Source: Macrostomum lignano
Lineage: Eukaryota
Length of the DNA: 64,000 nucleotides
Direction of reading: 5' to 3'
NCBI GenBank assembly: GCA_002269645.1
Contig: NIVC01001867.1
Span: 62,001 to 126,000 of the forward strand
Made by a program: the position numbers and the translations under genes
Notes under the pieces: model-generated
Databases searched by the model: none
What the model saw: only the letters and a program-made list of their open reading frames with translations
What the model was told of the DNA's origin: nothing
In this document: positions 45,784 to 58,533 of the stretch, one piece after another
Layout of the letters: every line of letters starts with the position of its first letter
How positions within the stretch are numbered: the stretch's first letter is position 1

Positions 45784-48189
45784 TCAGTCGCAAGCGGCCA
45801 GACGGTCGCACATCAGTCGCACAGACCGCTGCGCGCAGGTCAAGACGTCCGCCGCCAGCTCTTCAACGGTGGTGAAGCGCACCTGCTTGGGGCTGAACAG
45901 ATCCTCCGCGAACTGCGTGGCGGTGCTGCGGAGCGCCTCGCAGATTCGGTTGGCTCGCTGGTCGGGGCCGAGGAAGCCCCAGGCCAGGGCGGGGCCCAGG
46001 CTGGCCACCAGGCCGTAGAAATGGTAGAAGCCGCGAGCACCGCCCAGCATTTTCCGCTTGGCCAGCACCAGAGTCCACACCGTGCTGTCCAGGGCGGTGC
46101 GCTTGAACCCGGCCGACAGCCAGCGGTTCTGCAGCACCGACACGATGGAGGGCGGCGGGCTGGCCAGCTCCTCGAAGGCGTCCAGCAGCATGTAGTCGAA
46201 GGCGATATCGTAGAGGCCGAAGACGCGGACGCCTCTCGGCTCCAGGTCGCGCCGGATTGCGTCCGGGGCGTCGGGGGAGTCCAGGAACTGCAGCAAGTCG
46301 CGGTAGGCCGCCTCGAACGGCTGCACATCGCAGCCCAGGCGGTCCAGCAGCAGGGCGCCCAGCTCGCGGCCCGTCACGCGGAACCAGTTGGCGCTGGCCC
46401 TGGAGGCGAGTTTAAATAGTAATTTGGTGAGTAGGATAGATGCTACTTCAAGTAGGATTAGTGCACATTTTTCTTGTTTAATTTTGTCAAAGTTGCGACG
46501 GTAGGATTATGTAAAGTGTAGCAGCAAGCCCGCTGAAGGATCCGAAGGGTGGGCGGGTGGCAGCCCACTGGAGGATCGGAGGGTGGGCGGGTGGCTGCCC
46601 ACTGGAGGATCGGAGGGTGGGCGGGTGGCAGCCCACTGGAGGATCGGAGGGTGGGCGGGTGGCAGCCCACTGGAGGATCGGAGGGTGGGCGGGTGGCTGC
46701 CCACTGGAGGATCGGAGGGTGGGCGGGTGGCTGCCCACAGAGGATCAGAGGGTGGGCGCCCACTGGATGCCAAACGGCAGGAGCAACTATATCAGTAATA
46801 GTCAGTACCAAATGCCTCGGCAGCAAATTAGTGTGCGGCTTACCTGTCGGCCATGAGCTGGTCCATAGCCAGGCGGATGCAGTGCAGCCGGGCCAGGTAC
46901 TCGGTGTCAGTTGAGCAGCCCAGATTAACTGTGCGCAGCTTTCTAAACGGCACGGAGCCGTGCTCCAGCTCCAGCAGGGCCGCCCGGTAAAGGTGGGCAT
47001 TGTCGCTTGCCTGGCGCTTCTAGAGGAGTCCGGACGTTTGTGGAGCTTTCTTAGAATACATCAGGAATAAAGTATACTTAGAATACATGGGTATACGTCA
47101 TATTTTATTGTGCATGGGTATTTCTCAGTATACACGGGGTATTTCTAAAGATGCGTAGGGTATTTCTCAGAATGCTTACGGTATTTCCCAGAATGCTTAG
47201 TGCATTTCTTAGAATGCTTAGGGTATTTCCTAGAATGCTTAGGGTATTTCCTAGAATGCTTAGGGTATTTCCTAGAATGCTTAGGTATTTCTCAGGATGC
47301 TTAGGGTATTTCTCAGGATCCATGGGTATTTCTCAGGATCCATGGGGCATTTCTCAGGATCTATGGCGTATTTCTCAAGACCCATGGGGTATTTCTCAGA
47401 ACTCTGCCAGAACTCTGCCAACCTCAAGATCTATCCGAATGGGAGTGGCCAATGCTCTGCAAGTACACCAAGTACTTCAACACCAACCTGATCGTCCAGG
47501 TCGCTGATGTCCAGCTGCTCCAGCGCGCTGACAAACGAGTCCGCGTCGCTGTCACCGTCTTCGTCGCTGACGTCGGTGGACGGCAGGTAGGCCTCATCGA
47601 CGTCAAGCGCCCGCTGCTTGGCCCGCTCCCGGATGCTGTAGGCGGTCTCCAGCAGCTGCCGCAGCTCCGTCAGCAGCTCTGACTCGCTGGCCGCGCCGCC
47701 TCGGACGTCGCCCAGGCCGTCGAAGCTCTCCAGCGAGGTCTCCAGGTCGGTGATGACCCGGTGCAGCGCCTCGATGCCCGAGCGGGCCCCGTCGCCGCCG
47801 CCGCTGTCGGTACAGGGGACGGCGTCGTCGATTTCGTCAAGCCGAAGCCGCCGGTGGCTGCCGGCGACGCCGCTGCGGATGCTGCCCCGCTTGCTGCGCG
47901 ACCCGCCGCCGACACGGCTTCGCCGACTGCTGCTGGCTGGAGCGGCGGGCAGCGCGGCGGCCGGAGCTCCGGACATCGAGGCGACGGCTTGGTGGCAGGC
48001 ACAGGCGCAGCAGCCGTTGCTGGGCGGATAGTCCAGCGCGAGGCCGCCGACAGCGCCGGCCAGGTCGCGCCGGGTTTGCTGGCGCCGCGCGGCCCGCCAG
48101 CGCAGGTAGAGCGCCAGCAGAGCGGCGGAGACACCGGCGCCGGCCAGCGCCAATTGCAGGGCGCGGCGGGACACCACAAGGGAGGCCAT
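45784..48189 (-). CDS. MIGA: Mitoguardin (mitochondrial outer-membrane lipid-transfer / contact-site protein); 3 exons, 497 aa
   Basis: Exons 48189-47488, 47019-46844, 46399-45784 (1494 nt). N-terminal TM; DSFVSA FFAT-like motif; RKLRTVNLGCSTDTEYLARLHCIRLA; RGVRVFGLYDIAFDYMLLDAFEELASPPPSIVSVLQNRWLSAGFKRTAL and HFY..LGPALAWGFLGP match MIGA1/2 (FAM73) motifs. Confidence 0.92.
46547..46760. repeat. 34-bp minisatellite in MIGA intron 2
   Basis: GGGTGGGCGGGTGGCAGCCCACTGGAGGATCGGA, ~6 copies. Confidence 0.95.
47110..47400. repeat. 21-bp degenerate minisatellite in MIGA intron 1
   Basis: AGGGTATTTCCTAGAATGCTT units. Confidence 0.9.
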
Positions 48190-48377
48190 CGGACTGCTCT
48201 GATTGGCTGGCTAAGCTTTGGCTTTAGCTGGGCTGCAAAGTACATTTTGGCATTTTTTAAATATCCGTAGTATGCTACTGAAAAGTGAGACACGTCAGTA
48301 GTGCAGCAGGAGTTTTATCGAAGTTTGTATTCGAATAAAAAGAAAGATAAGACCAGCCTACAAAACTTTTTCAGCTT

Positions 48378-48383
48378 TTTATT
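48378..48383 (-). terminator. Polyadenylation signal of RNF32
   Basis: TTTATT on + (AATAAA on -), ~240 nt after the RNF32 stop, followed on - by AAAGCTG and a T-rich tract. Confidence 0.6.
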
Positions 48384-48622
48384 GGAGAATAAAACGGCTA
48401 TGGAGAAATATATAAAGATGAAATCCTCATATCACAGTTGATGAAAAAACGCACGGCTGTTATTATAAATCACAAAGGAGCAGGACGGCAACAGTTCGTT
48501 AAAGACTACTAAGAATAAGTAGTATAAAACAAGGCTAAAATCAAACACAAGTCTTGTACAGGGAAGAGAATCAATGGTACAATTAAATACAGCAGGATGC
48601 TGAGGACAGGGGGAATCCCAGA

Positions 48623-51600
48623 CTAGCCGGGCAGCAGGATGCTGGGATCGATAGGCCGCTTCTGATAGCCGGGGGCGCGGCAGACGGGGCAGAGGCGCGC
48701 CGGTGCATCGCAGACGAGCTCCTCGAAGGTGGCGATGCAGACGGCGTGGAAGACGTGCGAGCAGGACAGCAGCACCGCCGGGCGGGCCAGCGCGCTGGCG
48801 GCGGCTGCGGCGCCAACGGCGGAGGCGGGCACGGCCAGCGGCAGCAGGCATATCGGGCAGTCCGCGTCGCATCGGCGGATGGCCTGGAAGCCGGGGTGGG
48901 GACGGCTATGAAGACACTCAAGGATCACAGATGGGGATTCTGATTGATGGGGATAACAGATGGGGATTCTGATTTGCAGATATCACAGATATGGATTCTG
49001 ATTCAAGGGGATCACAGATGGGAATTCTCAATCACAGGGAACACAGATGGGGATTGTCATTCACAGGGATCACAGATGGGGATTCTCATTCACAGGGATC
49101 ACAGATGGGGATTCTCATTCACAGGGATCACAGATGGGGATTCTCATTCACGGAGATCACAGATGGGGATTCTCATTCACGGGGATCACAGATGGGGATT
49201 CTCATTCACGGGATCACAGATGGGGATTCTCATTCACAGGGATCACAGATGGGGATTCTCATTCACGGGATCACAGATGGGGATTCTCATTCACGGAGAT
49301 CACAGATGGGGATTCTCATTCACGGGGATCACAGATGGGGATTCTCATTTACGGGATCACAGATGGGGATTGTCATTCACGGGGATCACAGATGGGGATT
49401 GTCATTCACAGGGATCACAGATGGGGATTCTAATTCACAGGGTCACAGATGGGGATTCTGATTGATGGGGATCACAGATGGGGATTCTGATTTGCAGGGA
49501 TCACAGATGGGGATTCTGATTGATGGGGATAACAGATGGGGATTCTGATTGATGGGGATCACAGATGGGGATTCTGATTAACAGGGTCACAGATCGGGGA
49601 TTCTGATTAACAGGGTCACAGATTGGGATTCTGATTAACAGGGTCACAGATGGGGATTCTGATTAACAGGGTCACAGATCGGGGATTCTGATTAACAGGG
49701 GTCACAGATAGGTGTTCTTACTCTTCAATTGAGATACAGATCTATGCGAACTACAGATAGGACTCCGCTGGCTAGAAACGCCCCTACCACACCAAAGTGC
49801 ACAAGGAGGCTCAGCCCACCTTTCCCGCGGTGTCTCCCCACTGCTCCTCGCTGAGGTCCCGCCTGGCGCCCGGCCAGGCCTGGAAGACGCGCCGGCTGGC
49901 GGCCACGCAGCGGTCGATGTCGGCCAAGAAGTCGTTGACGCCGAGGTCGCAGCAGCGGACCATGCGGTCCGACACCTCCGCCAGTCGCTCCTCATAGAAG
50001 CGGCGCCGAAGGCGGGGATCCGTGGGCGGCCGCAGCCGGCGCAGCTGCTTGTAGAGCCGGCGGGCAACGTAGCCGCGCCAGGTGGCCTGGATTCTGGAAT
50101 TGGCGTGTAGTGGAAGCGTTTTGTAATTTTAAAAGTGCATTTAGGTTCAGCTGTACATATAAGTGCTTACACGATGATCTGGAATAGCAACCATATCCAC
50201 TATACTAAAATGATTTGTCCCTAGGCATCATCTATGTCTCTAAAGATTATATAGCAAAAGTACTTTTGGCAAAAAATTAAAAGTACATTCTCATACAACT
50301 TAATAACATTGCTAGTGCATTTATATTGCAAACTGAACCCTAATCTTTTAACTTTAGGGAGGCAGGGGGTTTTACTGCCCATTCCGCCGACTCCCCTGAG
50401 CAGGTACACAATCGCGCGGATACGTACGCAGTCATACGCACAGGCACACACTCACACAGGTGTACAGCGGCCTTAACTTTATTTATCGTTAGGCATGTAC
50501 ACTTCACTGTGCCTTGGGGGGTTGGCCCACAAGGCCGTTAATTGCACAAGAGCAGAGCAAAGCCGAGATTCCAGTTTAGCCCCCAAATTAATGTGACTGC
50601 ATTTGGAATCGAACCTGGGACCGCTGGCATACCAGAGTGCCGCGCTTGACCACTGGGTGCATTGGGGGCCAGTTGAGAATCCTAAAGTATAAAATAAACC
50701 TTTAGTATTTCATGTGATCAGTACTGAAAATCGGGTAGATAATAGTACATAGTACACAAAAGTATAAAAATATCAGAAATCCAGGCAAATATTTATTAAA
50801 CAAGGGCGCGTGAAGCTGGACTCTAAGGCCGCTCACCTGGTGGCGCACCTCACCAGGTGCTGATATTCTCCATCGTAGATCAGCCGCTTCTCGTAGGCTT
50901 CTTTGCGACACATTGGGCACGACTTGCGGCCGGAGAAGCGCTCGAATGCTTCCAGACAGGCCTAGGGGACGAACAGGGTCACACACAATCAATGGATCAA
51001 TCTACTTATCAATCACACAATCAATGGATCAATCTACTTATCAATCACACAATCAATGGATCAATCTACTTATCAATCACACAATCAATGGATCAATCTA
51101 CTTATCGATCACACAATCAATGGATCAATCTACTTATCAATCACACAATCAATGGATCAATCTACTTATCAATCACACAATCAATGGATCAATCTACCTA
51201 TCGATCATAAAATCAATGGATCAATCTACTTATCAATCACCAGTCAATGGATCAATCTACTTATCGATCACACAATCAATGGATCAATCTACTTATCAAT
51301 CACCAGTCAATGGATCAATCTACTTATCGATCACACAATCAATGGATCAATCTACTTATCGATCACACAATCAATGGATCAATCTACTTATCAATCACAC
51401 AATTAATGGATCAATCTACTTATCGATCACACAATTAATGGATCAATCTACTTATCGATCACACAATTAATGGATCAATCTACTTATCGATCACACAATC
51501 AATGGATCAATCTACTTATCAATCACACAATTAATGGATCAATCTACTTATCGATCACACAATTAATGGATCAATCTACTTATCGATCACACAATCAATG

Positions 51601-53821
51601 GATCAATCTACTTATCAATCACACAATCAATGAATCAATCTACTTATCAATCACACAATCAATGGATCAATCTACTTATCAATCACACAATCAATGGATC
51701 AATCTACTTATCAATCACACAATTAATGGATCAATCTACTTATCGATCACACAATCAATGGATCAATCTACTTATCAATCACCAGTCAATGGATCAATCT
51801 ACTTATCAATCACACAATTAATGGATCAATCTACTTATCGATCACACAATCAATGGATCAATCTACTTATCAATCACACAATTAATGGATCAATCTACTT
51901 ATCGATCACACAATCAATGGATCAATCTACTTATCAATCACTCTATCAATCGATCAATCTACTTATCAATCACTCTATCAATCGATCAATCTACTTATCA
52001 ATCACTCTATCAATCGATCAATCTACTTATCAATCACTCTATCAATCGATCAATCTACTTATCAATCACTCTATCAATCGATCAATCTACTTATCAATCA
52101 CTCTATCAATCGATCAATCTACTTATCAATCACTCTATCAATCGATCAATCTACTTATAAATCACTCTATCAATCGATCAATCTACTTATCAATCACACT
52201 CTATCAATCGATCAATCTACTTATCAATCACTCTATCAATCGATCAATCTACTTATCAATCACTCTATCAATCGATCAATCTACTTATCAATCACTCTAT
52301 CAATCGATCAATCTACTTATCAATCACTCTATCAATCGATCAATCTACTTATCAATCACTCTATCAATCGATCAATCTACTTATCAATCACTCTATCAAT
52401 CGATCAATCTACTTATCAATCACTCTATTAATCGATCAATCGCTCAAGCACCAACCTTGTGGAACACGTGGGAGCAGGACAGCAGCACCTGCTCCTGCAG
52501 CCCGAAGTCCTCCTTGCAGATGACGCAGGGCTCCCTGATGGCGTCCTGAACATTCTGGCGCCGCTTCAGTGACTGCCAAGCATCTTCAGTCAGGATGTCC
52601 GGGCGCTGGTACTCGACTAGGCCCAGCTTCTGTGCTGCATCACAGAAAAGATCGAGGCTAATTTTTTAAATTAATTTATGGGAAAATCGCACTTTGACAA
52701 GGCTCGCTCGTTAGTGGTATCTGCCAAGACAATCCGGCAACAGACATTCCGGTAACAGACATTCCGGCAACAGTCACTCCGGTTACAGACACTCCGGTTA
52801 GACACTCCGGTAATAGACACTCTGGTAACAGACACTCCGGCAACAGACACTCCGGCAACAGACACTCCGGCAACAGACACTCCGGCAACAGACACAAACA
52901 GACGGACAGCTCACCCAAACTGGGCTTCTCCACCCGCCTGGCGTCCAGCACTTTCTCCTTTCTACTCAGCAGCGCTTGCGTGGCGAATCCCGCACTCGGA
53001 TCTGGCGGATCCTTGGGCCTCTCCGAACGGGGCTTTCCTGGAAAACAGGGGGGGGGGGTTGCAGTGTGAGGTTCCACTTCCACAGGTACTGGGATACTAG
53101 AATAATGACTAGAATGACTGTTTTAGCACAACAGATGGCAAGAGGAGAGGGGAGGAGAGAGAAGAGAAGAGACAGGAGAGGAGAGGAGGAGAGAGGAGCT
53201 TTGAGAGAATAGAGCTAAGAAGAGACAAACTTAAGCGGGCCGGATTGCTATTTTAAAGTTTAAAAGGAGAGGACCCCAGGGCCGGATAGAGAGGCTTTGC
53301 AGGTCCGAGTTAGCCAAACCCTGTTCTAGCATCTGTGAGGTTCCAGAACCAACTGACATCAAGAGCCCATAAGCAATACCCTTGGTAGATAATGAAATTC
53401 TAATTAAATTTTTAATTAGTAATTAAAATCTAGATCTTAAACTCTACCAAATGTTTGCTTGCTCCTCAGCTCCTTTAGGTAGCAGCTGGAAGCCTACAAG
53501 CTATGCTGTTGTAAATTGAAGTTGAAATCTGCCTATGGATGGATAAACTTGCTGAGCAAGTGACTGTGTTTCATTTGTTGATGGGCAGTTAGAAAACAGG
53601 CTAATCTCTTGCTTAAGCTGCTCACTGAGTCCGGTGTCAACAACTGGCTTCACAGCCTTCAGCTTGGCTTTGGAGCTGGCCTGTGTGCCCCACGGCCTGG
53701 CATTGATGTTGGGCAGGCGCAGACCCAGCCCAGAGTCGCCCATCCTCTGTAGCAGGTGCTGCTGGAGGGCTGCAGACACCAGAGCTGATGGCTTCGATGG
53801 AGCCGTCTGCCAGCCAGACAT
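48623..53821 (-). CDS. RNF32: RING finger protein 32 orthologue (RING-H2, IQ, RING-H2); 6 coding exons, 385 aa
   Basis: Exons 53821-53626, 53037-52915, 52634-52456, 50961-50837, 50093-49820, 48883-48623 (1158 nt, phases consistent). Motifs [86 protein letters not shown]..CPVCR follow vertebrate RNF32 in order. Confidence 0.92.
48920..49705. repeat. ~26-27-bp minisatellite in RNF32 intron 5
   Basis: GGGATCACAGATGGGGATTCTCATTCAC units. Confidence 0.95.
50373..50528. mobile_element. Short dispersed element (unexpanded copy of the 18193-18767 element)
   Basis: Same flanks as 18193-18767 but only one GTGTACAGCGGCCTTAA unit. Confidence 0.8.
50560..50670 (-). mobile_element. tRNA-like SINE head
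   Basis: On -: GGCCCCCAATGCACCCAGTGGTCAAGCGCGG (A-box-like) ... CCCAGGTTCGATTCC (B-box, + coordinates 50605-50615); no convincing acceptor-stem closure. Confidence 0.6.
50980..52440. repeat. 32-bp minisatellite with two sub-families in RNF32 intron 3
   Basis: CAATCAATGGATCAATCTACTTATCAATCACA switches at ~51940 to CTCTATCAATCGATCAATCTACTTATCAATCA. Confidence 0.95.
52735..52900. repeat. 15-bp minisatellite in RNF32 intron 2
   Basis: GACACTCCGGCAACA units. Confidence 0.9.
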
Positions 53822-54159
53822 TGTGGCTGAAGTGCATAATGACAAAACAAAATTTACAGTCCAGAACCACCAAGTATCTTTTATAGAGAAGACAGATATA
53901 ATAGGTTAAGTCTAATCCTCCAATACTAAATCTTAACCTATTGCTTAAGGTGATTGCTGTATGCAATCCTTGAGCCAAGGGTAAGACATTAATAAGTATT
54001 AATATTAAGTATTATTATTTTACCTAATAAAACGTCTTATAATTTCCTACAAGGGCTGTCCCAAAAGTAGTGTTACTTTTCATTATATCTCTCATTCTGC
54101 TGATCCAAAAAATATCATTTTGCACAGATTTATAGCGGCAACCTTCTTCTTTATATTAA

Positions 54160-57100
54160 CTTGACACCGGTTCTAAGTGCGAAGTCCTAGGCTTCAGCAC
54201 CTGGCATCGCCTATGTACCGACGACCCGACCCTGCGTGGCCAAATCAAGCCCTGCCTACAGCGCATCGTGAGCTACAATGGTGAACCAATTCAGATGGCA
54301 GGAGAATTAACTATTAAAGTGAAGATTGGGAATTTCGAGCCTACAGTCAAGTTTCTGCTAGCGAAAGGATCTCATGACAACATCCTGGGTTTCAAGTTTC
54401 TGGAGAAGTACAGCACCTCACTGGATCTCGCCGCCGGGATGCTGTTCTTCAAGGACGGCACTGCCACACCACTCCTTTACACACACACAAAAGCGACAAC
54501 GTGCAGAATTTACACGGCTGAGAGCACGACCGTGCCGCCGCTATCATCAGCCCGAATCAAGATTAAACTTGCCAAAGCACGAGAAGAGAACCAGGGTACA
54601 CCCGCCGTGATCGAGCCGTTGAAACCGGCTTGGCGCGAAGAAGATGTGCAGCACCTGGACGCCGCGCCTGCCTTGATATCTATGGCCAATGGAGAAGGTG
54701 CTATCGAGATGATTAATCGGGGAACAACATCGATCAAAGTACGAGCAAATGCCTTAGTCGGGATTGCTAGACCCATCAGACTGCCCGAGTTACAGTTCTT
54801 CCCGCTGCTGAAGCCAGAAGACTCGGTCAATCAAATCCAAGACGAAGATCCTGATGCTTGGATCAAGGAGATTGACATCAGCGAAGATCTGTCCAGTGAC
54901 CAGCATAGTCCAGTCATCGAGCTATTGAAGAAGTACAAGACCATCTTCTCTCAGGGGCCACACGATCTCGGCTGAACCCACCTGGTCACCCACAGTATTA
55001 TGCTAAAGGACACGAATCCGGTGCATCTGCCGACTCGCCGGATCCCGCCGCATCTGCTACCCAAAGTGGACCAGCTACTCGATGATCTGCTGGCCAAAGG
55101 CGTGATTCGACCGAGCTTCTCCAGCTACAACACCCCGCTGGTGATCATCCCGAAGAAGGACGGCAGCCTGCGAATTGTGCAAGATTTCCGGAGTCTGAAT
55201 CAAAAGTGCGAGTATTTTCTGTACCCGATTCCTAACATCCAAGAAGCCTTCGCCAGCCTCGAGGGAAGCCAGCTATTCAGCACATTCGACCTCAATAGCG
55301 GCTACTATCAGATTCCGCTGCGTCCAGAAGATCAAGATCTGACTGCCTTTGCTACGCTGCACCGCGGACAATTCGCCTACAACGTCATGCCTATGGGACT
55401 AAGTTCAGCGCCAGCCAGCTTCATGCGCCTCATGAATGCTGTACTCAATGGGATTGCCTACAAAAGCGCAATAGCCTACCTGGATGACGTAATCGTTTAT
55501 TCTAAGAAATTTAACGACCATCTGCTGCATATGGAAGAGGTATTTAAGTGAACTCAAGATGCTAATTTAAAGTTCAAAGGCAAGAAATGTCATCTATTTC
55601 GGACCAGTTTAAACTATCTGTGACACGTTGTAACAAAGGATGGAATCAAGACCGACCCGGCGAAAATCGAAGCTATTCAAACTTGGCCAAGACCAAGAAC
55701 AGCTCGGAAACTGAAAAGTTTCATCTGCACTTGCGCTTATTATGCTAAATTTGTACCTGGCTATGCAGAACTTGCTGCTCCACTCCACGATCTGATTAAG
55801 GAGAAGAAGATCCGAAATTTCAATTGTCTATGGGGAAAAGCCCAGCAAGACGCGTTCGACCAGCTCAAGGCAGCTATGACTTCGACATCAGTGCTTGCGT
55901 ATCCGCAGTTCAGCGAAGATCCGAACGTAATATTTGTCCTGGACACGGATGCTTCTGCGACCAGAATCGGAGCCTGCCTGAGCCAACGCCAAGCGGATGG
56001 AGTCGAGCGACCAATCGGCTATTTCTCCCGGCAACTCAAACCGGCCGAAGCCCGGTATCCGATTACCAAGCAAGAGCTCTTGGCAGTCGTAGATGGAATG
56101 CGACATTTCAGATTCTACTTGCTGGCCAAGAAGTTCATCTGCCGAACCGATCATGCCGCTTTAACCTGGATTCTCCGACGAACTCAGCAAGTAGGAATTT
56201 TTGGACGATGGCTACAACGCCTAAGCGAATTCGAATTCGAGATCCAGCATCGGAAGTCAAGTCAGCACCAGAACGCCGACGGTCTATCGAGACGGCCCGA
56301 AGACGACGCCGAATGCATGGAGGAGGCTCAGCGCGAGGCAGCTGACGAGGACCAAAGTAAGCAGCTAGCCGCCATAACGGGCGCAGCGGCGCCGAAGGTC
56401 CCCGACAGCAGCCACCCTAGTCCTCCACCGAGCAAGAAGCAATCGACCCGCCGTCACCGACGAAAGCCGCCGACGAAGCTGAAAGAGTCCGACGGCGAGG
56501 CTACGCCGCCAGCAACATCGACAGCCGACAGCAAGTCGCTGACAGTGCTGCACCCGCCGGCGACGAAGCCGAGGCCATCAGCCAGCCGTCTGCGAGACTC
56601 TCAGAGGTCGCCCACCAGTTTTAGCAGTACGACATGTTGCCCGTCAAGGAGCCGCCGTCTACTAGCTGGAGGCGACGAGGACAGCGACCACAGCGCAGCC
56701 AGCGACGACCGCTGCCAACCCGTTCGCCGTCCTGTGTTCAAAAAGGTGAGATTCAGCCTCGACGCCGATAGCTCTGCTGACTCACTCTCATCTGTTGACG
56801 AATCCAATGCTGACGACACCGACGCCGAACTGACCGACGAGGATCGGCCTTCAAATCCTTCAACGACCCAGCAACCGGCCAGAGTAGCAATCATGCGGAG
56901 GGAGCTCTAGACCCTGAACCATGACGCCACAGCCGAAGCCGCGCCGTCTAATTCGACTAACCGACGCCAATCATTGAATCTAACTGATCACATCCCAAGG
57001 CCAATCACTCGTGAGGAGCTCCAGACTCACCAGCGTGCTGATTCTGCCATCGCGATGATGATCAACCTTATTGAAAGTCGACAACCGAAGCCGCCGCTGA

Positions 57101-58533
57101 ATCAGCGATTAAATCTGACAAGAGATGAGCGAAATCTCTTAGCATTTTATGAACAGTTAGAGGTCCGAGACGACGGACTTTTAGTCATCCATCTCGACGA
57201 TGTCGGTGAAGAGGACACAGCGAGGATCGTCCTGCCGAAGAGTTTCGATGCCACGGTGTTCGCTGACCTGCATGGTTCGCCCTACTGCGGACACATGGGC
57301 CGAGATCTCACCATCGCGAAGGTGCGCGAGAGGTTCTGGCGACCGGCCCTGGCCAAGGCCGTGTCCGACTATGTCGCTTCCTGCCAGACTCAGAGCAAAG
57401 GACGGCGACGCATCCCAGCGCATGTACAATCATTTCCGGTCTGCGAAATCTATGGGCGATGCGCGATCGACATCATGGGCCCCACTGGAGACCCGACAGA
57501 CCGAGGCAACAAGTACATCCTCACCTATGTTGACACGACGTCGAAGTATCCATTCGCCTTCGCCATGAAGAATCAGCGGGCCAAGACGATCATAACTCTG
57601 CTCCAAGAACAAGTCTTCCCGATCACCGGAATCCCCGCGTGGATCCATTCGGATCAAGGCAAGCAGTTCACCGGGCACGAGTTTCGACATTTCTGCGAAG
57701 TCTATGGCATCCGGCAAACGACAACGCCGCCATACTCGCCTTGGGCCAACGGACAAGCTGAGTCGTGCAATAAAAACATCAAAAAAGTGCTCACTTGTCT
57801 CCTGGAAGATCACCAACAATAGGACAAGATGTTGCCAGCCGCTTTGACAGCCCTGCGATCTGCAGTCAACCGTACGACGGGTTTCTCGCCGCATTACGTC
57901 ATCTATGGAGTGCCTTATCGGTACCCGATCAATAACACCCTGGACCGCCTGGACGTATCACCGGACCTCCCCGAGTACATCGCGAAGCATCGGCGCAGAC
58001 TGGCCGAGACCGAAAGAATTGTACGACAGCGATTGCGAGCTGAGATTCAACACCGCGAAGAGTACTATGAAAACCGGCCTAAGCCCGTGGAACTGCAGCC
58101 TGGAGACCTGGTCTGCCTGGCCAACCCGAAGCTCGAATTGGGAGAGCTGCCAAAGTTTCACCGGCCGTACAAGAGCTTGTACAAAGTCAACAGAAAGGTC
58201 AGCGAAGTAGCCTATTGGATCCAGCCAGCGACAGCCCATCGAGGACGCCCCGCTGAGATGTTGGTGCACCGCAATAACATCATTAAAGTGCCGCAAATGA
58301 TGGTAAATCGACCGCAAGCGCCGCCGCGCCAAACCGAGTGGCCAATTTTGCCCTACGAGTCGAGCGACGACAGCGAAGTCGACCCAGCCGATCAGCCCGC
58401 TCCTGAACAACCAGCCGCAGCTCAGCCTGACATGCGCGGCAGCCAATTGTTCGAGCCAAGCCTCCGCCATCCGGAAGTGCTGCCCGAAGGCGACCCGGAT
58501 TTGCCTGATATCGGCGTGGAGATTGAAGTTTGA
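54160..58533 (+). mobile_element. Degenerate Ty3/Gypsy LTR-retrotransposon pol (PR-RT-RNaseH-IN), 5'-truncated
   Basis: One continuous frame: LDTGS protease motif (54160), ILGFKFL, RT (PKKDGSLRIVQDFRSLN, FDLNSGYYQI, YLDD), RNase H (DTDAS..IGACL, ELLAVV, TDH.AL, NADGL), integrase (H..PYCGHMG, DIMGP, SDQG.QF, NGQAE). In-frame stops at 54973, 55549, 55621, 56908 and 57820. No gag or LTR recognised. Confidence 0.93.

Noticed and set aside
50913-52549. ORFs of SQSMDQSTY type; likewise 2056-3043, 5715-6080 and 48944-49465
   Set aside because: Translations of intronic or intergenic minisatellites.
54160-58533. Programmed readthrough producing an active pol
   Set aside because: Five stops, several inside RT and integrase cores, plus missing gag and LTR, indicate decay.
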